A stretch of DNA of 64,000 nucleotides from Amoebidium appalachense (Eukaryota; Protista; Ichthyosporea), in NCBI GenBank assembly GCA_963693365.1, contig CAVNZM010000013.1, forward strand, positions 5,508,640-5,572,639, given 5' to 3'. A program made the position numbers and the translations under genes. Under the pieces are notes generated by a model. The model did no database searches and was not told the origin of the DNA. It saw only the letters and a program-made list of their open reading frames with translations. Of this stretch, positions 1-27,900 are shown in pieces (within the stretch, counting starts at the first letter, position 1; each line of letters opens with the position of its first letter).

Positions 1-104
1 CGTGTGTGCGTGTGTGCGGGCTTGCGCCCGTGCGTATGTGTGTGTGTGCCTGTGCCAGTATGTGCGCATGTGTGAGTGTGTCACGGTAAGTGTGTGAGTG
101 AGTG

Positions 105-173
<69 letters not shown>

Positions 174-238
174 ACCTGTGTGGTGTGTGTGCGCGTGTGC
201 CTGCATACGTGTAGCATGTGTGCGTGCGTGCTTGTGTG

Positions 239-287
<49 letters not shown>

Positions 288-561
288 AAGTTGTGGGTGA
301 GTGAGTGGGTGGGTGGGTGAGTGAGTGAGTGAATGAGTGAGTGAGTGAGTGTGTGAGTGAGTGTGTGAGTGAGTGTGTGAGTGAGTGTGTGAGTGTGTGT
401 GTGTGTGTGTGTGTGTTTTCGGGCTGGGGGGTGCGGGGAGAGGGGGAGGGGGGGGGGGTGTCATCTATGTTCAGGGTTGTAACCCTGTCCTCCCCTTCCG
501 CTCCCCCCCCCCCCCCCCCCCCCCCACCCCTCCAACCACCACCACTACACCCACCCTCCCT

Positions 562-647
<86 letters not shown>

Positions 648-884
648 CACACACACAAAACACACACACACACGTTGGCGCGCGCGCACATACACACAAC
701 ATACCCCCCCCCCCCTACACACACACACGTACATTTGTTTGCGCAGACGTGCCCACACACACATACCGACACACCACAAAAACACATGCACACACACGAC
801 CCGGGCAGACACACTGGGCCTGAGGGGGAGAAGGAGGGGGAGCGGGGGCTGGGTAGGGGTGCAGGGGGGAAGGGGTGCGCGTGT

Positions 885-931
<47 letters not shown>

Positions 932-1027
932 AAAGCAAGTTCAGGTGCATGAGGACTAAGGTGCACTTGTGTGTGCGTGTGCATATACATGTGCATTTAA
1001 CATCTGGTCATATCCACACAACGTTGC

Positions 1028-1076
<49 letters not shown>

Positions 1077-1294
1077 CTACCTGCAATACCGGAATCAGAG
1101 GAAGAAGTTTGAACCACAAAATCAACAGTGTCGCCAACCCTACACACATCACCTGGAACATGGCGAAGTTCGTTTGAAGACAACCCAACACACCAACATG
1201 ACACAGACAATGGCACACGGTGACTACCGCCTAGATAACACCGTCCCATGCCAGTGCCCTAAAGGTTAATGATGAGAGACCATACCTTGTGTTT

Positions 1295-1353
<59 letters not shown>

Positions 1354-1833
1354 CGCGCGTGCGTGCGTTAGCGCGTGTGCGCATGCGTGTTTAAATGTGG
1401 GAGTGTGAGAGTGCAAAACACATGCTTATAGCTATGCGGCTGCTAGCCCGTGTGATCGCAGGGGTAGGGGAGGGGGAGACTCGGAGGCCGGGGGGAGGGG
1501 GGGGGGGGGGGGATGGGGAAAGAATGTTTAGATAAATGGGCTACAGTATTCAAGCTATATGGAGAGGCCCAACGTGATTGGTGTGCACGGGGCTTTGTAC
1601 TATGTGGTGTTGGGTGTGTGTTAGCCTGCGTGGGAGACTACGTCAGACCAAAGATGTGTGCATGCGTGCGTGCATGGGTGTGCATATGTTTTTGAGTCAC
1701 GAATGCCTGCGTGTGTGTGAATGCTTACAGGCACGCACGTGCGCGCATGTGTGCGTGTGGTGTCCCGGGGTAGCTGTGATGGTTGTAAGCGAAGCCCACA
1801 ACAGCCGGTGCATGTCTGTCGGTTTTTTTTTTT

Positions 1834-1864
<31 letters not shown>

Positions 1865-1909
1865 GGAGAGAGAGATAGAACGCGGGGGGGGGGGGGGGGG
1901 GGGAAGAAA

Positions 1910-1983
<74 letters not shown>

Positions 1984-2016
1984 TGTGTGTGTGTGTGCGT
2001 GTGTGTGATTGTGAGT

Positions 2017-2076
<60 letters not shown>

Positions 2077-2112
2077 GAGAGAGAGGACGGGCTGTCTTGG
2101 ACAGACCACCCC

Positions 2113-2436
2113 TCAGCCCCCCCTTTTTCCTTTTGGACCCATCCGAGGCAACGCTTGCACAGCTCCGTGAGCTGACCGGTTGTCCATCCCAGACACTTTT
2201 GGATTTTCCTTTTCCAATTGGATGATCCCTGCATCGATTGCCTTGCCTATGTTCAAGTAACAGTCCGAGGTGAATGCCTTGCCCGACTTGTCGGTTCCCA
2301 GAAATCCCTTCCGGATATCATTTGTCGATTCACCCTGATAATAAGCTTCGTTGAACTCTTGCACTTTTACCGTACGCTTTTCCTCCTTCACCATCATGTT
2401 TTTGATTCTATCATCGATAGAAATGTTGCTGCTCAT
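2113..2436 (-). CDS. Orphan ~107-aa protein (single coding exon after a 5'-UTR intron)
   Basis: Non-repetitive, protein-like ORF (MSSNISIDDRIKNMM...) inside repeat-rich flanks. caccATG context. Pyrimidine-rich acceptor ttttatccttacAG (AG at 2462-2461) 24 nt before the ATG. No family recognised. Confidence 0.55.
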   Translation of the reverse strand: MSSNISIDDRIKNMMVKEEKRTVKVQEFNEAYYQGESTNDIRKGFLGTDKSGKAFTSDCYLNIGKAIDAGIIQLEKENPKVSGMDNRSAHGAVQALPRMGPKGKRGG

Positions 2437-3208
2437 GGTGACGGTGTTGTGTTGCAGTGCCTGTAAGGATAAAATAAGAAGGATGAGCAGGGGATGGGCC
2501 TAGCTTTGGATATAAAAAAATTCATAAAAATCGAACTTCCCCCTCCCCCTCCCCCCCCCCCCCCCCCCCCCCCCTCCCCCCTTCCCCAGATGCCATGAAA
2601 ACGAGCTGAGTTGTGACTAAGGGCATACCTGCTAGCTGAGGATGACAAAGGAAGGAATTGGAGGCAAGTGTGCGGAGAACAGAGTAGCGAAAGAGATGCA
2701 GTGGGGGTGGCGGGGACAGAGTGACAGAGAGATAGAGAGGGCATGGAGAGAAGGGGGAGGGTGGGGGGAGAAAAGGGGAAGGAAGAGAAAGAGAGATAGA
2801 CAGATTGAGATATAGAGACAGGTCTTTACAACAAACAAGGTATTGGGAAGGGGGGGGGGGGGGGGGGAGGGGAGGTGGAGACAAAGTGAGAGAAGTGTGG
2901 ACCCGGAGGATGGGAGGGGACGGAGGGGTGAAGGGGGGAAGAGGGAGGGAGGGAAGAGAGAGAGCGGGTGTACAGAGAGCAAGGAGGGAGGGAGGGGGGG
3001 GGGGGGGGGGGGGGAGAAGGGGGATGAGGTGTGAGCCGGGAGGGGGAGAATCGGTGGGAGAGAGGGTGGGGAGGGAGGGGGGAGTGGGGGGGAGGGAAGG
3101 AGAGGGAGAGAGGGAGGGAAGGGGGGAGAGGGGGAGGGGGAGAGGGAGAGGGAGAGGAACTGGGTGGCGGGGAGGGGGAGAGGATAGAAAGGGGCGGGAG
3201 TAGAAGAG

Positions 3209-3246
<38 letters not shown>

Positions 3247-3504
3247 AGAGAGAGGTGGACCCGGAGGATGGGCCGGGACGGGGGGAGGGGGGGGGGGAGA
3301 AAGAGAATGGGTATAAAGAGAGCAAGGGGGGGGTTGGGGGGGGGGGGGAGGGGGATGTGGTGTGAGCCGGGAGAGGGAGGGCTGGTGGGAGAGAGTGTGG
3401 GGCGGGAGCGGGGGAGGGAAGGAGAGGGAGAGAGGGAGGGGGGGGGGAGGGGGGGGGGGAGAGGGAGAGGGGGAGAGGGGGGATAGAGAGGGGACGGGGG
3501 GAGC

Positions 3505-3605
<101 letters not shown>

Positions 3606-3697
3606 TGTGTGTGTGTGTGTGTGTGAGGAAGAGAGCGAGGGAGAGGGGGGGAGAGAAGAAACAGAGAGAGAGAGGGGGGGGGGAGGGAGAGGGAGGG

Positions 3698-3762
<65 letters not shown>

Positions 3763-4073
3763 AGAAGGAGGGAGAGAGAGGAAGAGAGCGGGGGGAGAGG
3801 GGGGGGGGAGGCGGCAGAAAGGCCAGGGGTGCAGGGTGAAGGGTTGGAGGATGAAGTTGAAAGCTGGAGACAAAATGGTGGGGGAGAGGGTGGTGGTGGT
3901 GGTGGTGGTGGTGGTGATTGGGGGGGGGGGGGGGGGGGGAGATGGTGGGGGAAGGGAGGAGCGTTAGAATGTTTGAAATTTGTTGTGGACGAGTGTTTAA
4001 GTAAGAGAAAAAAGAGAACAAGGAAGATTATGTGGGCTTAAAAGTAAGCTCGCACCCGCGCGCGTGTCTCGTG

Positions 4074-4150
<77 letters not shown>

Positions 4151-4799
4151 AAGTGTGTGTGTATGTGGGTGAGAGTAAAGGAGTGCGTGCATCCCTGCGT
4201 GCGTGCGTGCGTGCGTGGGTGATGGAGTGCATGCGTGGGTGTGTGGGTGATGGAGTGCATGCGTGGGTGTGTCCGTGTGTGCTTGCGATTGTGTGTGAGT
4301 GCGTGTGTGCCTGTGCTCGTGTGTGTCACGCTTGCAACTCGCATGTTCGTATTGAGCACTTGTGTATGTATGTGTGTATGTATGACCTGTAGAAATACAG
4401 CGTTGACTTGCCGTGACAGCAGGCTCTGACGCAGAGGAAGCGACTTAACAAGTAGTGTTGTTTGTCGGGTTGTTGTAATAGTCGCTTGATAAAATGTTCA
4501 ATTAGTTTTGACTAAGCCTGAAAATCGCGAATGTTTGTGAACAAGTTAAACCTCATCAGCGATGTAGAAGCACCTTTGAGAGTATTATGCCGAATTCAAA
4601 ATCTTCTGTACAAGTATGTAAACATTGGGTGGAGGGCCATGTTATGTGTCAAGGACGCCTGTCACAGTCTCACCGTGCCTCCATACTGTGACCCTCTGAA
4701 CACCACTGTGCACAGAGAGCCGCAGGGCGGTCAGGGCGGTCCTGTTTCTGCAGTCGGCGATATCTGAACTGTTAAATTTTTTTAAGCATTTTATCGTTG

Positions 4800-4930
4800 T
4801 GATATATAGTCACCACCCGACATCTATGTACGTGATCATGATATACCGCTGAGGGGATATTCCGAGCAAAACCCCCCCCCCCCATACCTGAGACTGGTTC
4901 TCTTTGCCTCGAGTAAACAGCGTAAACCCC
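4800..4930 (+). mobile_element. Solo copy of the 3'-terminal ~130 bp of the adjacent LINE
   Basis: Identical to 8236-8365 except C12 vs C11 in a homopolymer. Ends in the same GTAAACAGCGTAAACCCC tail. No TSD found. Confidence 0.8.
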
Positions 4931-5220
4931 GCCATACTTACATAGTAGATTATTACAGTGGCGACGGCCTCATTACACGTACGCGGCTGGCTTCGGGGAA
5001 AATACAGATGTTAGAAATCTTCTTTTTAAGAGCCAATACAACAAACAAATTTATATAATGGATACCTTATACCAATAATAGTAGTTAACAAAATTTATAG
5101 CATCTGCAGTGCAATTTGAGGTGGGCTTGTAAGCTGGCGAAAATGGACTTTACAGGAAAACACAGGGTGCTCCCCCTAACCATCTAGGGTGAATGGTCTA
5201 GAAAGCGGCCAAACGGACAA

Positions 5221-8022
5221 TTAGGTGATTTTAACACGCGACTCCACCACACAGACACACTGCAAGTGAGTGTCGGGTACCCATCTAAGCCCCCGGAGCG
5301 TGCTATCCCTTTAGCAAGGTATGTCCAAAGTCACACTTTGCGGTTCCCTCAAATATCCCATGCCCACAACACCGACTGGGGAGTGGCCTTTTGGCCATCA
5401 ACCATGTCAAAACTCTCTCTCCCTCCTAACCTCTCTAGGTCATCTGACCACTCTCCTATCCTTTTCCTACCTAAGATCTCCCTTGATCTGCTCCCCCCTC
5501 CCCCTCCCACCTTTCGCCTCCGTCTATCCCAGCTTAAGTCACAGTGGGGTAGAGTTGATGTATGTGTATGCTATGCTACGAAACACCCTATATATATGCG
5601 CCTATTAGAATCTGCACAAGCCAGGCCAGATTCACATCTCGTACTAGATACATGCACTAACTTTATTGTTGATGATTTGATAGATCTCGGTGATTATGCT
5701 GGCGGTGGTAGGAAGGAATATATCCCGATGCTCTCTTGTTACCAAACACCACTCCCGCTAGACTAGGTGAACCCCTGTCTCAAAAGGAAAGCTTGCGCCG
5801 GCTTGCTAGTATGAATCGATTTGGCCCCCCTGCTCGTATTATTGGTGATACCACTGGAGACCCCCTCATAGACTCTGATAAGTATTTCTCGGAACTGTTT
5901 AAAGATAGGACCCCCGCTCAGAAACCTATTGTGTGGCCTGTAGACCCATCTATCCCCATAGAATCGATCCTCCCCTTTTTCAGTCCCGATGCCATATGGT
6001 CTGTGATATCTAGTTATAGCTCTAGTAAGTCTTGTGGACCTGATGGACTCCCTGCTGGGTTTCTTAAAATCCTTGTTCCCTCCTACCCAGAAAAGGAAAG
6101 TGATCGTGCTATTAAACCTGATCTTACTATCATGTTAAGCTCTCTCTTTTCTTGGTGTGTTAAATGTGGACATGTCCCGTCATCTTGGTTAGATACCTTA
6201 GTGATCCCCATAGTTAAGAAGGACTCTGAGGGCCCCATATCATCCTTTCGCCCCATTACACTAACCCAGGTTGTTCGTAGATTCTTTGAAGCTTGCTTAC
6301 TTAGGTTATTTGCACATCACCCTAGGTTTCAATCTATTCTTCACATACACCCATGCCAATCCGCTTTTCGTAAAAACAATTCATGTTATGTTCAAATAAT
6401 GGCACTGCACGATTCTATGCAAGTTGGTGCACAATATGTTGGCTTTATTGATTGGAAAACTGCTTACGATTCTGTCTCCCCTGGTCTCCTATGGGAAAAG
6501 CTTGCTGCACGGGGTGTACCACACTGCATTGGTGTTCTGTTAGAAGCACTCTTGTCTCAAACCTATGGTAGAGCTGTGGTTAATGGGCATCTTTCATATG
6601 GTTTTGCTCGTACTAGAGGTCTCTTGCAGGGTTCATTGCTTAGCCCCTTTTTGTTTAACCTATTTATAGATGATTTGGCTGTCAAGATTTACGCCGAAAA
6701 CGATGACCCTATTAATAACTTTCCGCCTGCACTTCTCTATGCTGATGATCTGTCCCTCCTTGCCCGTACCCCTAGACGCCTGCAAAGATTGTTCGATGTA
6801 GTGTCAGAGTGGTGCAAGGCAAACCTTATGATCCTTAACATAGACAAATGTGGTGTTCTTGTACCTGATATAGCTAACAATTTACACACATTTACATTAT
6901 CATCTAAACCTGTACCTATAGTTCCAGAATACAAATATCTTGGTGTTCCGGTTGATTCTGTTGGTGTTATGTTTCCCCATATGGTCGAAAAGAGGGTAGA
7001 GTTGGCTCGTAAGCGGTTAGCTTTCTTCTCGGCTAATATTTTTAAAGACACACCCCTCCATCCTTCTATTAGACTTACATTTATTCGCACTTTTGTCTTC
7101 CCGGCATGTGAATATGGTTTACCCCTTCTCGCCGCTTGGATCAAGAAAGAGAGAACTAGAGCGCTTAAACCCTTGGCAAATTTCCTTGAAGCAGAAGTTG
7201 CCTCCTTTCTATCTAACAACTGTTGTAAACCTGGGCCTGTAACGCTCTCGATATATGGTCTGGTCCCAATAGCTGCTAGAGTATCCTATCTCGCGCTGAA
7301 ATTCAATAAGCACATAAGCCGCTTAAAGAAGTATTTGCCCTCCCACCCTCTCTTCTCTATCCGACCTGTCCCCTCCTCACCTCTCCCCCTCTTTCCTCCC
7401 CTCTCTCTCCCCTTCTCCCCTGGGCACAAATACAAATAAACCCCGCAATAGTGTGTGTGTGACTTTGGACTGCCACTTACTTATTAAACATGTACACAAT
7501 CACAAGATAATCACGCAATATAACAAATGGAAAAAGATACCACACGACACTAGACCCGATGAAAGCATACACCTTGAAAAACTAAGCCTTATGCCTCGTT
7601 TTATATATACTGACCGCCTCAACCATATTGCCAAATATGGCACTCGCAAGTGTATAACACCTAAATACATATTACCTTCCTGTAGAACTGGTCTTTCTCT
7701 AGCTGATGGTATTATTGATCAATTACCACGCTTTTACTGTACACGTGCTATACAGTGGAGATCTAATAAGTATAAGGTGGCATCATTTGCATGCCCAAAC
7801 AACACACACACACACCAGTTTAACCGGTCATGTATCGCCAAATGTAGTTTGATAGACCACATAATACCGCAACACACACACGTCACATTCACAACAGACA
7901 CCCAGAAAGATAGCCTACCTGTAAATTACAACATCCTTGATTTTATACTAAACACGCGTAACTACGACCTGTTTATTAGGTGTATTGATTGGCTTGAGAA
8001 ACACATCACTACAAAATTATAG
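5221..8022 (+). pseudogene. LINE ORF2 (APE fragment + RT + C-terminal domain) split over three reading segments
   Basis: Frame 1, 5221-5766: GDFN, SSDHSPI. Frame 3, 5736-7439: GPDG, FRPITL, QSAF, DWKTAYDSV, GLLQGSLLSPFLFN, LYADD, YKYLG. Frame 1, about 7327-8022: WR..CP..H..C..C. Needs frameshifts within 5712-5766 and within the pyrimidine tract 7327-7439. Confidence 0.85.
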
Positions 8023-8026
8023 CGCA

Positions 8027-8097
<71 letters not shown>

Positions 8098-8129
8098 CCA
8101 GCTGATACCGAGTGTCCCGAGGGGAGCCC

Positions 8130-8170
<41 letters not shown>

Positions 8171-8364
8171 GGGGAACCCCAACTAATTGATTTCTCCTTG
8201 TAGTCTTTATGGTGTCTCGTAGAGAAAGTAAACCCTGATATATAGTCACCACCCGACATCTATGTACGTGATCATGATATACCGCTGAGGGGATATTCCG
8301 AGCAAAACCCCCCCCCCCATACCTGAGACTGGTTCTCTTTGCCTCGAGTAAACAGCGTAAACCC
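5221..8364 (+). mobile_element. 5'-truncated non-LTR retrotransposon (APE endonuclease + RT)
   Basis: Flanked by the direct repeat CCAAACGGACAA (5209-5220 and 8365-8376). Starts abruptly at the APE motif LGDFN (5221-5235), then SDH motif, RT and a Cys/His C-terminal region. The 3' UTR holds (CA)n, poly-A and poly-C. Confidence 0.93.
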
Positions 8365-9104
8365 CCAAACGGACAACGCACACGGAAAATCGAATCTCGG
8401 ACCACTGGTGCGTAGCCATCCAATCAACGTCAAAGACTTGTGTGGTCTATTATAGCAGCTGACAATATTCGAATGATCGAATCTTGATTTGCTAGTACAG
8501 TACATACTCATCTTTGTAGCGCGCAGACGTTTTTTCGCCGCGGCCGCTTCAAAGGCCCCACACTGTTATGTATATATACTGTCCATAAAACTGTTTTTGG
8601 GATTTTTGTTCAGCGGTTGGAAAGGCTTTAGGTGTTGAAACTCAACTCACCCTGAGCCATTTTTAATCACCAATAGGAAATGGGTGCTGCTGGTTCGATT
8701 ATGCCGCACTGTTTGCCTCAGCACCAGAGCTGGTGGTAAAACAAACCGTGACAAGTACCATGCATACTGTTGATACACCTTCAGTAAGTAAATGAAAGAC
8801 CTTCGAAAGCATAGTACATGTGGAAGCAAGGGGAAAGGGCAATCAAAGGCTATAGTTGATTGAATTTTCATTGCTAAAACGTTTTCTGCAAAAGATCACG
8901 CCATTGCTATGGTAATTTCCTTCAGTGATCGAGGTCTCCTGGCCCAATTGGCAAGAAGCAATCTGCACACATCACGACAATTGCAAACAAAGGGAGAACG
9001 TTTCTTCGCATAATTACTGCATTTCAAGTCCCAGAGCAGTACAAAAACCCTAATACACAAGGTTAGAAAGGACTTCTCGGAAAAGTTTGCTGGATCTACT
9101 GAAA

Positions 9105-23497
<14,393 letters not shown>

Positions 23498-24968
23498 TCC
23501 AGAAAGATGGCCAGAACACTACCACCACGCTTTTTTGTATTTTGATTTGAGCCACTAACCAACCATGACACAGAAAATGATGTAACAACTTGCTCCCACC
23601 CCATCAACAAATCAAATCACTGGGGATTCGGATGGAGTAGACAGAAAGGACCGTTCTTCGTAACATCTGACGAGGCACCACCTTTAGATTTTTGCCCTTT
23701 TTTTTCCCCCCTTCCTTTTCTGGTGCTCATAGCGTCTATTGGCTGCCATGGGTACATTGCAAGGTTTCGAACGTCAGGCAATAAGCTGTATAATACTTGA
23801 AGCCAAGGGCAGCCCATTGTTAACACGGCGTGTTTAACGTAGACAACAACCGAATGAATAAATGCTTTACCTCTGCAAGACTAGGTTTGCAGTTTAGTTA
23901 GTGCAATTGCAGTCCGCTCCGCTGAGCAGAAACGACATACACAAAAGCACACACAAACCAAGAGGGAAGGCAAAACCAAAGCATAGTCTTTCGATCTCTT
24001 AAAGGCGTATAAGACAGTTACCAAACAAATAAAGGCCTCCCCCAAACAAAGATACAGACGGTTTCCAAAAGTACCGAGTTCAGAGCCCAAATCCCTCAGC
24101 TCCAACGCGCTGCTCTTATCTCCTTCCCCACTAATGACCCAAGCTCTCGCAATCTTTCCCTACAGACCTTATCTTCAGAACTCGAAACCCACGGTGCTTG
24201 CTCATAGCACCACGCTTTTCATGCGCATGCTGTTGTTGTTGCACATGAACAAACATTAGAGTCTTTTAACACTGTGAATAAGAGATTCGGGCACACATAT
24301 AGGCGTTTCATTGTTTCACTCGTTCCTTTGTGCCCAGCCCAAGAATCGGGAAATCTGGTTCGACGACCTTGTGCACCGGCAAAGCCTAACAATGACGTAG
24401 CGGACCGCGATTGGCTCGATCTGGTGGCTGACAGTGAAAAGGGAACCGTAAATCATAATGTCTCAAAAAACCGCATAGCTTGTCTATAGCTAGGAAACTT
24501 TTAAAGAGAAAGTCGTATTATGATTTTCTAGGAAAACAAGTCGGGCCAATATCGCGCGTATAAGGGTTTTTAAAGCTGCGAGATTACTCATAAATATCAA
24601 ACACTGGTTGTGATATCACCTCATCGACGTGTCCCATATGGCGATTTTGATTTGAGAAAAGTCATGAACGCATCAGGGCGTCTGTTGACACCGTCAGAAA
24701 AAGCGAACTCACCCAACACAGAAGCTCATATTTTGTCCTTGGTTTCTTACTGTGAAAGCTAGAGGAAAAAGATCTTTACAGGTATCAATTTTCTGTCGAA
24801 TAAGAAAGGGATAAGTTTTTTGCTACTATTTAACATAATTTTCTGACTCTATCAAGTAGCCTATCCACCGATTGAAGCTTGCAAAGCTTGCACGGAAGAT
24901 TCTAAGGGGAAACAAACGGTTTTTTCTTCTTCCAGGTATTCGTTGAGATTTCGACAGGAAACGCTGAA

Positions 24969-27900
24969 ATGGCTGAGGGCGAAGGAGAGAGCAAAAAGAT
25001 ATGCCTTCACGTGAAGTCTGCGGCTGGAAAGAAGCTGGAGGTTCACGTTGAACCAACCGCTACCGTCCGACAGGTAAACAGTGGCCAAGAGTGTTAGGGG
25101 AAGAGAGTGCTAGTATCATCCACACGATATACCCTTGTTGGGGTTTTTCTCAGCTCAGGCCTTGTTTTACTTCCCCTACAATTTCTGCTTCGTTTAGGTT
25201 CATGTCTCACTTTTGGCAATGCAATGGGGCTTTCGAAGAGCTGGATGCCGGTGTGACGCCTGCTTCGGAGTCTTGTTTACGGCTCATACACACACGCACA
25301 CCCGCACACACACGCACACACATGCACAAGCACACGCACACGCACACACACGCACGCACACGCACACGCACACGCACACACACAAACAAACACACACACA
25401 CACACACACGCACACACACACACACACGCACACACGCACACACACACACAGGCTCACACAAAGGGTTTTAGTTCATTGAAAGTAGTCTAGTATTAGCTGC
25501 CTCATCGACAAAGGATATTGTGAAGGTTGAAGAACCGTGCTCTTGTCAGTGTTTCCATAATAATACGTTTTTGGTGGTCAGGTGAAAGAGCAGCTGGAGG
25601 CAATTTCAGACATACCCGCAGACCAGCAAAGGCTCATCTACGCCGGAAAGATCCTTTTGGACACCGCCACGGTTGATTCCTATGGTATGGATCTGTTTGG
25701 TGTCACCTACCACCATATCCCGATACGACACACGACAAGTGTACATAGTTGTCTTTCCATGGATGTTGCTTTCATGACTTTTCCCTTGACTCGAAGCCAG
25801 TGCCTTGTCAAGATCCCCCCCTCCCCCCTCTCTCCCCCCCCCCCCCCCCCTCCCCCTCCTCCGCCCCCTCCCCCCTCCCCCCCCCCCCCCCGTTTTTGAG
25901 GCGTTACATTATCTTTGCGGCATCGTTCTTACTTCCCCTCCTGCCTCTTCCCTCTTATTAGTCTACATTTCTGCACATGCTTTTGGGTCGAGTTAACTAG
26001 TGTAGAGTGTTGTTGGTGCTGAGTAACAAAGTGGGCTGGGGAGAACTGTTGGAGCAAAGGATTGTGCGATTATCTACCTTTTCTTGCATCCAAATCCCTT
26101 CCTCCCCCCCCTCCTCCCCCCCCTCCCCCCCCCCCCCTCCCCCCCTCCCCCCCCCCCCCCCCCCACCCCCGGGTCCCGCCACCTTTTCATCCCCAACTCA
26201 CACCTTGCTTTTATTCTGCTGCTAGTCATACGCAAAGTTTGCTTCATGGCACGTGGAATAGCCGGCACTCTTTCTTATCGCTGTTTCTCTCCCCCCCCCC
26301 TTTTTTTTTTGACAGAGATCAAAGATGGCCACACCGTGCACGTTGTGAAGGGGGCCAGCAACCAGGCACAGCAGCAGGCAGCACAGGCGTCTGCGGGCAG
26401 GCCCCCAGCCGCAGCCGCACCCGCCCCGGCCCCTGCCCCCACCGTCCCACCTGCAGCAGCCGCACCTAATGTAAGGGTTTTGGTGATGGCAACGGGGTGT
26501 ACTGTGTGGTTTCAAGGATTGAGGAGAGTGCTGGGGGGGAAGGGGGAGGGAGAGGCAGGGGAGGAGGGGTTCTCGGGGGAGGGCGGAAGTAATTGGACAG
26601 GGAAGGGCGGGAGGGGAGACTGCTCGAGGGAGAACGGGGGTGGCGGTGGAGGGGTGTTTTTTTGCACGCATGTGTGTGTGCGAGTGTGCCTGTGCACGTG
26701 TCTATGTCTGTGTCTGTGTCTGTGTATTTGTCCGTACCTGTGCGTGTATGTGCTTACTTGCTTTGTGTTTTGGTTTTGCAGGCGGCACCAAGGCCAGCCA
26801 GTGGTGCTCCTCCCCCGGCAACACCCTTTGACATGTTTGGGGGTGCTGGGATGGGCGGGTTTGGCGGCATGGGGGGTATGGGTGGGATGGGGGGGATGGG
26901 TGGTATGGGGGGTATGGAGCAGATGATGCAGAACCCGGATATGATGGAGGCCATGATGAGCTCACCGATGATGCAGGTATGTACGTGTGTGTGTGTGTGT
27001 GTATGTGTGTGTGTGTGTGCGTGTGTGTGTGTTGCTGTTTGTCTGTGTCTGTGTGTGTCTGTGTTTGTGTGTGTGGACGTGTGCGTGTGTGTGCCCATGC
27101 GTTTGTGAGCTAATGTGTGTGCCTGAATTTGTACATGTGTCTGTGGGTAGTGCGTCCGTGCGTGGGTGTGTATGTAGGTTTGTGTACGTGTGCGTGCGTG
27201 TTTCTGCTTGTCTGTCTGTCTAGTGTGTCTGTGTGGGTGTGGGTGTACTGTGCATGCTTGTTTACGTGTGTGTGTGGTGTGTGGGTGAGTATGTTTGTGT
27301 GTGTGTGCGCTCGTGCATTCGTGGGTCCGTGCTTCTGTGTGTGTGTGTGTCTGCACGCAGGCATAGTCGAGTGGGTGTTGCTGTGTGTGATAGTGGATGT
27401 GGTGCTGTTGGTGATCAAGGGAAAGGGACGGTTGGGGGTGTAAGTGGTGTGTGTTTTGTGTGTGTGTGGGGGGGGGGGGGATGAAAGAGGAGGGGAGACG
27501 GCGGGGTTGGGGGAGGGAACATCTATGTAGTGGTTTGATGGGATGGGAGAGGAGGTGAGGTAAGCATTGGGGAATTGCTTTATTTTGTATGTGTGGGTGC
27601 TGGTGGGTTTGGGGTTGGGATAATGGTTGGTTTTCTCACCCTTGCACAACAACCCGAAAGCAGTTGATGGAGCACACACAGGCATCCGCGTGGGCACACA
27701 GGCACGCACACACACATACGCACGCACACACACACACAAAACATAACACACGTGCAGGCATGCACACGCGCACGCATATACACACATAACCACACATCCA
27801 AGCCTGTCCACCAATTCTAGTCCACCCGCGCCTGCCCTCCCCTCTAGACACACACGAACAGATGTGTGTGCGCATGCGCGCACACCCTCTATCAGACATA

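Noticed and set aside
1081-1230. Possible hydrophobic minus-strand exon (AVVTVCH...LIPVLQ|gt)
   Set aside because: Splice sites are weak, several frames are open and no partner exons were identified, so it cannot be supported.
6737-7219. 160-aa antisense ORF within RT
   Set aside because: It is a shadow of the RT coding strand with no motif.
4800-8365. The 130-bp direct repeats read as LTRs, Penelope pLTRs or a giant TSD
   Set aside because: The RT is APE/non-LTR type with no gag, integrase or GIY-YIG seen, and a separate 12-bp TSD places the right copy inside and the left copy outside the element.
8228-8365. TAAACCC as telomeric repeat at the LINE end
   Set aside because: Only isolated single units occur, with no array.
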